Source of the DNA: a bacterium
Lineage (GTDB): Bacteria > Armatimonadota > Chthonomonadetes > Chthonomonadales > JAMCWF01
Length of the DNA stretch: 64,000 nucleotides
Assembly: GCA_021842405.1 (NCBI GenBank)
Contig: JAKBZR010000001.1
Coordinates: 18,865 to 82,864 of the forward strand
Reading direction: 5' to 3'
Made by a program: the position numbers and the translations under genes. Each line of letters opens with the position of its first letter. Position 1 is the first letter of the stretch. The notes under the pieces were generated by a model that saw only the letters and a list, made by a program, of their open reading frames with translations, had not been told where the DNA came from and did not search any database. Below are positions 57,844 to 64,000 of this stretch, one piece after another.

Positions 57844-57961
57844 CGATAATTATTTTATTAAGTGGATATAAGAGGTAAGATATAACCGGTATTTTAGCGG
57901 GTATTGATATGTTTTTGAACCGCGCGACGAGTGGAATTTCTAGGGGATCAGGCAGGAGGGA

Positions 57962-58663
57962 ATGATGAAATTACGGGTTTTTCTTATTGGGTTGCTCGTA
58001 TTGGTTTTAGCTGTTCCCGGTTATCCAAGCGGAATGCGGCTGGTGGATGTCCCGGCGCACTATTGGGCCCGATCGGCGGTGGAGCAGGTGATTGCGCGGC
58101 ACATAATGACCGCCGTACATGGCCGGTTTTATGGAAACCAAACGGTCACCCGGTCCGTGTTCACGATCGCGCTGGTCAATTTTGCGGTATCGCTGCAAAA
58201 AAGTGAGTGGGCATTGCCTCCCAAATCCTACCAGGCTCCCCGCCCTGTCATTGCAAAAAGTCTCACCGTGAATAAACATCCTCTTACCCGCTACAAGCTG
58301 GCCGCTATTTTCGCTCGCATTGGGCCGTTCGTCCAAGCCGGTTTGCCATCAAACCATTCCCACCATTATGGGAACTCGATTGTGCTTCCGGCCGCTAATT
58401 CAGTAAAAGTTCCTCCCCATCAACCGGACAGTTCCGCACTCCTCTTTCTTACACATCATCGCATGATCTGGCCCGGGTCACCTCTCATTCAGCACGCTTC
58501 ACAACCGATCACGGTTCAAGAAGCCTCCGTTGGGCTGGCACAGATGATTCTCGGTTTAAACGATGAGTACACCGATGAGCCGGAAAATCGTCCCGGCTAT
58601 ACCGGCCCTTCGCCCAACACGAGAGTCCGGCTTCCAGGCAAGCAGCCATCGTCAGAAAAGTAG
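57962..58663 (+). CDS. secreted SLH-domain protein
   Basis: 233 aa; signal peptide; VDVPAHYWARSAVEQVIARHIM...GNQTVTRSVFT resembles an S-layer homology domain. Confidence 0.55.
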   Translation: MMKLRVFLIGLLVLVLAVPGYPSGMRLVDVPAHYWARSAVEQVIARHIMTAVHGRFYGNQTVTRSVFTIALVNFAVSLQKSEWALPPKSYQAPRPVIAKSLTVNKHPLTRYKLAAIFARIGPFVQAGLPSNHSHHYGNSIVLPAANSVKVPPHQPDSSALLFLTHHRMIWPGSPLIQHASQPITVQEASVGLAQMILGLNDEYTDEPENRPGYTGPSPNTRVRLPGKQPSSEK

Positions 58664-58944
58664 ATTTATTCATTAACAGGCCATAAAATCCGATAATTAA
58701 CCATACAATTGCTATTTGAGCGTTGGTTGTCGCAATGAGCAGAGAACGTTCAATGACATGAAGAAGCGTCCTTGCCGACGGCAAACACCCAAAAGAGCTC
58801 AGAAGGAGAACCGGCTGGGCGCAGCCGGTAAATCTTACGGTTCGTTGGCAAAATTACTGAACCGATTTTATGGCATTTACGTCTAAATCCAATGGAAACC
58901 CGTTTTTGCCTTGGATGATGGGCTGATGGCTTAATGCCAGAGAG

Positions 58945-60657
58945 GTGATTCCGTTGCTTACGTTGAAGCGAACGTTGCTTGGCGCCATACTACTGCAAGA
59001 AGGAATGATTACGACTCAGCAGCTTGAGGTCGCACTAGCGGAACAGGTGCGCTCCGAGAACAAGAAGCTGGGTGAGATTATGATCGGCCTTCGATACATC
59101 ACCGAAGCGGAGCTGATGAAGGCGCTGGAAAAGCAACTGGGTTGTCCGGCGGTTGATCTCAACGAGAATCCGCCCGATCCGAGCGTGCTTGGCAGCATTC
59201 CCAGCGAGTTTGCATTGAGAAATCAGTTGCTGCCGCTGCGCACCCATGACCACACCCTGCGCGTTGCAATGGCGGATCCACTCGATGTGGCGACCATTGA
59301 TGACCTGGAGCTTTTAACCGGTTTGCAAATCGAGCCGGTCTTGGCCAGCCCCACCGAGATCCGAAGGGCGGTTGAGCAAGCCTATATGACTCAGATGATT
59401 CAGGGCGCGCAGGATTCGGAGCAGGCAGCCGAAGCGGAAGAGAGCCTCGACGTCGCCGATTTGCAAAAGATGGCGCGAGAAGAGCTCGTCATCCAGATGG
59501 TAAACCTGATTATAAACCAGGCCATCCAGGATCGCGCTTCCGATATTCATATCGAGCCGTTTGAGAAAGAGCTCCGCGTTCGATACCGGGTGGATGGCGT
59601 TCTCCACGAGGTCAATTCTCCGCCCAAACGGCTTCATCCAGCCATCGTCTCCCGCATCAAAATATTGAGCGATATGAACATTGCGGAACGCCGGCTGCCA
59701 CAAGACGGTCGCATGCGCATCCGTTCAGCCAGCCGCCAAATAGACCTTCGTGTCTCTTCCATCCCAACCCTGTTTGGGGAAAGCGTCGTTATGCGAATAC
59801 TGGATAAACAGACAGCGATGCTGGGCTTAACCGAGCTGGGTATGAACGAAGTGATGTTTGATCGGTTTTCTCGGCTTATCAAAGAGCCGCACGGCATCAT
59901 TTTGGTTACCGGACCGACCGGCTCCGGAAAAACCACCACGCTCTACGCCGCCATCAGCGAAATCTACTCGGTTGAGAAAAAAATCATGACGATCGAAGAT
60001 CCGGTTGAGTACCAGCTTAACGGGGTAAACCAGATTCAGGTGCACCCACAGATCGGCTTGAGCTTCGCCAACGGCCTCCGGCACATCGTCCGGCAGGACC
60101 CCGATATCGTGATGGTGGGTGAAATCCGGGATGCTGAAACGGTGGAAATTGCCATTCACGCCGCTTTGACCGGTCACTTGGTTTTTTCAACGCTGCACAC
60201 CAATGATGCGGCCGGTGCAATCAGCCGCTTGCTGGATATGGGTGCCGAACCTTATTTGGTTGCCTCTTCGCTGATAGGGACCATCGCCCAACGCCTGGTC
60301 CGCTTGAATTGCCCTCGTTGCTCGGAGCCGATTGAGGAGTCCCCCAGCGCATTGAAAGAGATCGGCATTGATCGGGGCGATATCTTAAAGAATCCGCTGC
60401 GAGCCGGCCGCGGTTGCCCTGAATGCCGAGGGGTCGGTTATCGAGGACGATCCGGCATTTATGAGATGATGACGATTGATGATAATCTCCGGCAAATGAT
60501 CGTGAATCGAAAGCCCAGCAACCAGATGAAACAGTACGCCCAAAAAGCCCAAACGATGACCTCCCTGTTGCAAGATGGCCGTGACCGGGTTCTGGCTGGA
60601 CAGACAACCATACAAGAGGTTCTGCGCATTTGCCAGCGCGAGGAGTTTGATGTCTAA
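58945..60657 (+). CDS. gspE: type II secretion / type IV pilus assembly ATPase (GspE/PilB family)
   Basis: 570 aa; N-terminal T2SSE_N-like domain, Walker A GPTGSGKTTT, tetracysteine CPRC...CPEC. Confidence 0.9.
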   Translation: MIPLLTLKRTLLGAILLQEGMITTQQLEVALAEQVRSENKKLGEIMIGLRYITEAELMKALEKQLGCPAVDLNENPPDPSVLGSIPSEFALRNQLLPLRTHDHTLRVAMADPLDVATIDDLELLTGLQIEPVLASPTEIRRAVEQAYMTQMIQGAQDSEQAAEAEESLDVADLQKMAREELVIQMVNLIINQAIQDRASDIHIEPFEKELRVRYRVDGVLHEVNSPPKRLHPAIVSRIKILSDMNIAERRLPQDGRMRIRSASRQIDLRVSSIPTLFGESVVMRILDKQTAMLGLTELGMNEVMFDRFSRLIKEPHGIILVTGPTGSGKTTTLYAAISEIYSVEKKIMTIEDPVEYQLNGVNQIQVHPQIGLSFANGLRHIVRQDPDIVMVGEIRDAETVEIAIHAALTGHLVFSTLHTNDAAGAISRLLDMGAEPYLVASSLIGTIAQRLVRLNCPRCSEPIEESPSALKEIGIDRGDILKNPLRAGRGCPECRGVGYRGRSGIYEMMTIDDNLRQMIVNRKPSNQMKQYAQKAQTMTSLLQDGRDRVLAGQTTIQEVLRICQREEFDV

Positions 60658-61873
60658 CTTTCGATATAAAGCAGTGGACCGAACCGGCACTTCGATTGCA
60701 GGGGTAATTGACGGCCGCGATCATGCCGAAGCTGCGGTAAAGGTGCGCGCGCTCGGTTATTACCCGGTCGAGATAAAATCGGCTAATGCCGCTGAAATAT
60801 CACGCAATGGAAATGCGGCCGCTCCCGCTGGAAAAAAGAAAATAACCCGCCTTGAAATCCTTCTTTTCACCCGAGAGCTGGCCGATCTACTCGATGCGGG
60901 GTTGCCGATGGATCGCGCGTTGACTGTTTTAATCGAGCAGAGCGATTCGGAAGGGCTTATTGGGATGGTTAAGCGGCTGCAGGGAGAGATCCGGGCCGGA
61001 CAGCCACTATCCGCTGCACTGGGGCTGTATCCTCAAGCATTTCCACCGCTCTATGCCAATATGATTCGAGCCGGTGAAATCAGCGGCCAGTTGCCAACCG
61101 TAATGACCCAGTTGGCCGAATTTATGGAGAAAGAGCAAATTCGCCGCAGCCAGATTATTGCCGCCCTTACCTATCCGATGGTGCTGATCTGTATTGCTAC
61201 CTTAGCCGTCACCTTTTTATTGACCTTTGTGATCCCAAAGCTCACCGCCGTTTTTAAAAGTCTGGGCGCCGCGCTCCCACTGCCCACTCAAATGCTGCTC
61301 GCAATTGCGGCGGTGGTTACGCATTACGGCTGGTTGATTGGGATCGGCATCGTGGTGATTGTGGTTGGTTTTCGAAGGTGGGTGCAAACACCATCCGGCC
61401 GCCGCTCGTTCGACCATTTTCGAATCAACGCACCGCTCTTCGGCGGGTTGGTGCGGAAGATCGTCAGCGCGCGCTATGTGCGGACGCTCGGAACGCTGTT
61501 GTCAGGTGGAGTGCCGATACTCGATTCGCTGGAGATCTCATCCACCGCAGTAGGGAATACGGTCATGTCGGATGCCGTTCTATCCGCCCGATCGGGGGTG
61601 CGGCAAGGTGAAACGCTTTCCAGCGCAATGGAGAAGACCAATCAATTTTTACCGATCGTAGTCCATATGACCGGTGTCGGGGAAGAGACAGGCAAACTGG
61701 GCGGTATGCTGCTCAGAACGGCCGGCACGCTCGATTTCGAAGTGGACAATGCAATGCGAAGATTAACCAGCCTGATTGAGCCGCTGGTTGTCTTACTGAT
61801 GGGCGGTTTTGTCGGCTTTATCGTTTTATCCATTCTGTTGCCGATCTTCCAGGCTGATACAATCGTGAAATGA
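60650..61873 (+). CDS. gspF: type II secretion / type IV pilus platform protein (GspF/PilC family)
   Basis: MSNFRYKAVDRTG start overlapping the gspE stop (ATGTCTAA); duplicated T2SSF domains with three TM segments. Confidence 0.9.
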   Translation: MSNFRYKAVDRTGTSIAGVIDGRDHAEAAVKVRALGYYPVEIKSANAAEISRNGNAAAPAGKKKITRLEILLFTRELADLLDAGLPMDRALTVLIEQSDSEGLIGMVKRLQGEIRAGQPLSAALGLYPQAFPPLYANMIRAGEISGQLPTVMTQLAEFMEKEQIRRSQIIAALTYPMVLICIATLAVTFLLTFVIPKLTAVFKSLGAALPLPTQMLLAIAAVVTHYGWLIGIGIVVIVVGFRRWVQTPSGRRSFDHFRINAPLFGGLVRKIVSARYVRTLGTLLSGGVPILDSLEISSTAVGNTVMSDAVLSARSGVRQGETLSSAMEKTNQFLPIVVHMTGVGEETGKLGGMLLRTAGTLDFEVDNAMRRLTSLIEPLVVLLMGGFVGFIVLSILLPIFQADTIVK

Positions 61874-61935
61874 CCGCGCAATTGATTAAGCCATCCATTG
61901 TGGGGTCGTGTGAAGTGAAAGGTAAGGAGAAAGGT

Positions 61936-62388
61936 ATGCAAGCATCAATCTCAACTCGGCGCGGCCGCGCCCAAAGCGCATTCACGTTGATTGAATTGCT
62001 GGTCGTGATCATTATTTTAGCCATATTGGCGGCGGTGGTTATCCCGCGCGTCATCGGTAGAACCGAGGACGCCCGAGTCGCCAAAGCGATGACGGATATC
62101 GCCACATTTCGAAGTTTGCTGGAGACTTACAAAGCCGACACCGGCACCTATCCCACCACCTCACAAGGACTGCAGTCCCTGGTCGTCAATCCCGGCGTGC
62201 AGGGTTGGAACGGCCCCTACATCGTGGGTGGAACGCTGCCGCTCGATCCATGGGGACATCCATATATCTATAAATCACCGGGCGACCATGATCCCGACTA
62301 CGACATCATCTCAGCCGGGCCGGACGGACAGGCCGGTGACAGCGATGATATTGATAGTTGGAACCTGCAAAAGAACAGCGTTAAATAG
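61936..62388 (+). CDS. gspG: major pseudopilin GspG
   Basis: SAFTLIELLVVIIILAILAAVV prepilin N-terminus; GspG core DPWGHPYIYKSPG...DIISAGPDG; ATG at 61936 behind AAGGAGA. Confidence 0.9.
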   Translation: MQASISTRRGRAQSAFTLIELLVVIIILAILAAVVIPRVIGRTEDARVAKAMTDIATFRSLLETYKADTGTYPTTSQGLQSLVVNPGVQGWNGPYIVGGTLPLDPWGHPYIYKSPGDHDPDYDIISAGPDGQAGDSDDIDSWNLQKNSVK

Positions 62389-62419
62389 TTATAAAATGAG
62401 ATGATTCGGGGAGCGGGAT

Positions 62420-62986
62420 TTGCTGGGGCTTGAAACGCCGAAATATCGTTACGGTTTTACCTTGATCGAGATGCTGGTGCTGATTATTATTATGGCGATC
62501 GTCTCCAGCTTACTCATTCCGAGGTTTCAAGGGGCATGGCAGCACACGCAGTTTCGGTGGGAAAAAGAGTCGGTGATCAGCTTTTTTGCCGATGCGCGTC
62601 GAACCGCAACCAGTTACGGAGGGGATGTCGTTGTCATTTATTATCCACAACAAAATAGGTTGGAAGCGAACCTCGACCCCTCATCCCTGCCAACCGATCT
62701 GCCTTCCGCGATGTTGTCGCATAATCAGCCGGCCGAAATCCCGAGAACCCTGATGCTGGGTGATGCATTTCAAATTACAAACTGGAATACGATTCCGGGT
62801 ATTTATTCGACCGGCGCCGCCACCGGTAACGGTGCATTATCATCGAACAATAATCCCTACCAAATTGTATTTCATGCTGACGGTTCCAGTGATGATTTGG
62901 GTTTTACCTTCTTAAGCCAATACGGTTACCAAAGTCAGTTTGAGTTAAACGGGATAACCGGTCATCTCAGCGAGATAAAACGGTAA
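62420..62986 (+). CDS. minor pseudopilin (GspH-like)
   Basis: 188 aa; YGFTLIEMLVLIIIMAIV prepilin motif. Confidence 0.7.
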   Translation: MLGLETPKYRYGFTLIEMLVLIIIMAIVSSLLIPRFQGAWQHTQFRWEKESVISFFADARRTATSYGGDVVVIYYPQQNRLEANLDPSSLPTDLPSAMLSHNQPAEIPRTLMLGDAFQITNWNTIPGIYSTGAATGNGALSSNNNPYQIVFHADGSSDDLGFTFLSQYGYQSQFELNGITGHLSEIKR

Positions 62987-63447
62987 TGGATAATCCTAAA
63001 TTAAAAAGGAGCCGTCGAAACGGCGGTTTCACCCTGATAGAAATGATAGTAGCGACCGTTCTGCTAGCTATCGGGGTAGTGGCATCTCTGTTGTCATACG
63101 CCGCCGCGGCACGGCTTTCCGTCTCCGCCATCAACCGCACAACGGCCACTTTTTTAGCTCAACAGCAGCTCACGAGCCTGCAGGATAATCCAAACGGCCT
63201 TCCGACCGGCAATCAAAATGGGGATTTCGGGCCGCAATACCCGGGGTTTACCTGGCAGTCCGAAGTCGACTCGAGTGAATTCCCTTCATTGGATCAAGTA
63301 CGATTGGTGGTGCAGTGGCAATCGGGATTGTTGACCCATTCGGTCGAGCTCGATACCTATTTGCCCACCAGCCAACCGGGCTCAACCACTTCGACAAGCA
63401 CGCCCAGTGCAACAGGCGGAAATAGCAATGGACCTCGAACGCCGTAA
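62986..63447 (+). CDS. minor pseudopilin (GspI-like)
   Basis: 153 aa; GGFTLIEMIVATVLLAIG prepilin motif; start overlaps the previous stop. Confidence 0.7.
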   Translation: MDNPKLKRSRRNGGFTLIEMIVATVLLAIGVVASLLSYAAAARLSVSAINRTTATFLAQQQLTSLQDNPNGLPTGNQNGDFGPQYPGFTWQSEVDSSEFPSLDQVRLVVQWQSGLLTHSVELDTYLPTSQPGSTTSTSTPSATGGNSNGPRTP

Positions 63448-64000
63448 TCGAGCCTATACTTTGATCGAAATGCTGCTGTCACTGGTGATTTTTACCATTA
63501 TCTCGGTGGCTATTTCGGTTGCCTATGGCTCGGTGATTCGCGCCCAAAACAATATCAACACCGCCGATGCGACCAATCGAGAGGCAAGCGAGGTATTTAC
63601 GGAAATCTGTCGTGACTTGCAGTTCGCATACACATCGGCCAACGATCCGAACACGATGTTCATCGCCAATATGGGAACCGGGCTGGGGCAGCCGGTATTG
63701 CTGTTTTCAACCTGGGCGCGGCGACTATACCTTTCTCAAAACGATATAACGACACCCGACCAATCTCAAACTCAATATGCGATACCGAGATCCGATCACG
63801 AAATCGTTGCCTATTTTTGGGACCCCCAATCAAACGCACTCTATCGCTGTACTACGACGATCCCTAATACCAGCTTGCTGCCGCAACCAGGTGATCCTGG
63901 ATCAACCCGCTTTCAAAACATCGAGGCACTGGACGTCGAGTGTTATGACGGGTCATCTTGGCAATCCAGTTGGGACTTCCAAGGCGGTTCCAGCAATCGC
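63428..64000 (+). CDS. minor pseudopilin (GspJ-like), 3-prime partial at window end
   Basis: not in the ORF track; ATG at 63428 then 191 stop-free codons to the window end; N-terminus MDLERRNRAYTLIEMLLSLVIFTII is a prepilin motif. Confidence 0.7.
   Translation, partial: MDLERRNRAYTLIEMLLSLVIFTIISVAISVAYGSVIRAQNNINTADATNREASEVFTEICRDLQFAYTSANDPNTMFIANMGTGLGQPVLLFSTWARRLYLSQNDITTPDQSQTQYAIPRSDHEIVAYFWDPQSNALYRCTTTIPNTSLLPQPGDPGSTRFQNIEALDVECYDGSSWQSSWDFQGGSSNR

Noticed and set aside
58740-58870. Possible c-di-GMP-I (GEMM) riboswitch upstream of gspE, prompted by GGCAAAC and GGGCGCAGCCGG
   Set aside because: Only fragmentary resemblance exists. The expected P1 tetraloop hairpin and the GGGACGCAAAGCC core cannot be formed.

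Overview
This 64 kb window is a moderately GC-rich bacterial chromosomal segment. All calls rest on reading the supplied ORF translations and the DNA by eye; no BLAST, HMM or covariance-model search was run. I support about 50 protein genes.

**Housekeeping genes:** cysteine desulfurase, pepA, thrS, erpA/iscA-like, hisD-hisB-hisH-hisA, tilS-ftsH, murA-mreB, and a PpiD/SurA-like PPIase.

**Carbohydrate-active enzymes:** a GH116-like and a GH31-like hydrolase, plus two xylose-isomerase-fold proteins.

**Flagellar filament locus:** fliC-fliD-fliS and a FliT-position ORF. It is directly preceded by three very large multidomain glycosyltransferase/methyltransferase/TPR genes, which I read as a candidate flagellin glycosylation island.

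**Type II secretion / type IV pilus-like operon:** gspE-gspF-gspG followed by three minor pseudopilins. The last runs off the window end and is missing from the ORF track. An H-X9-DG (DUF1559) prepilin-like protein and an SLH-domain protein lie elsewhere.

**Most interesting signals:**
1. A complete T-box leader at 42336-42638. Its Specifier reads AUG (Met). It sits in front of a threonine-synthase-like PLP enzyme, a CysO/MoaD-type sulfur carrier ending in GG, and a stand-alone NIL domain protein. This points to a Met-regulated, protein-thiocarboxylate-dependent homocysteine route rather than threonine synthesis.
2. Two families of non-autonomous MITE-like elements built from GC-rich hairpin modules, occupying at least eight intergenic loci. 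Three copies carry 8-9 bp flanking direct repeats, one copy is nested inside another element, and one has 61-bp inverted termini matching 60/61.

No rRNA, tRNA, CRISPR array or transposase gene was seen. Lineage cannot be assigned from this window; the H-X9-DG protein, SLH protein and T-box together suggest a non-proteobacterial phylum.
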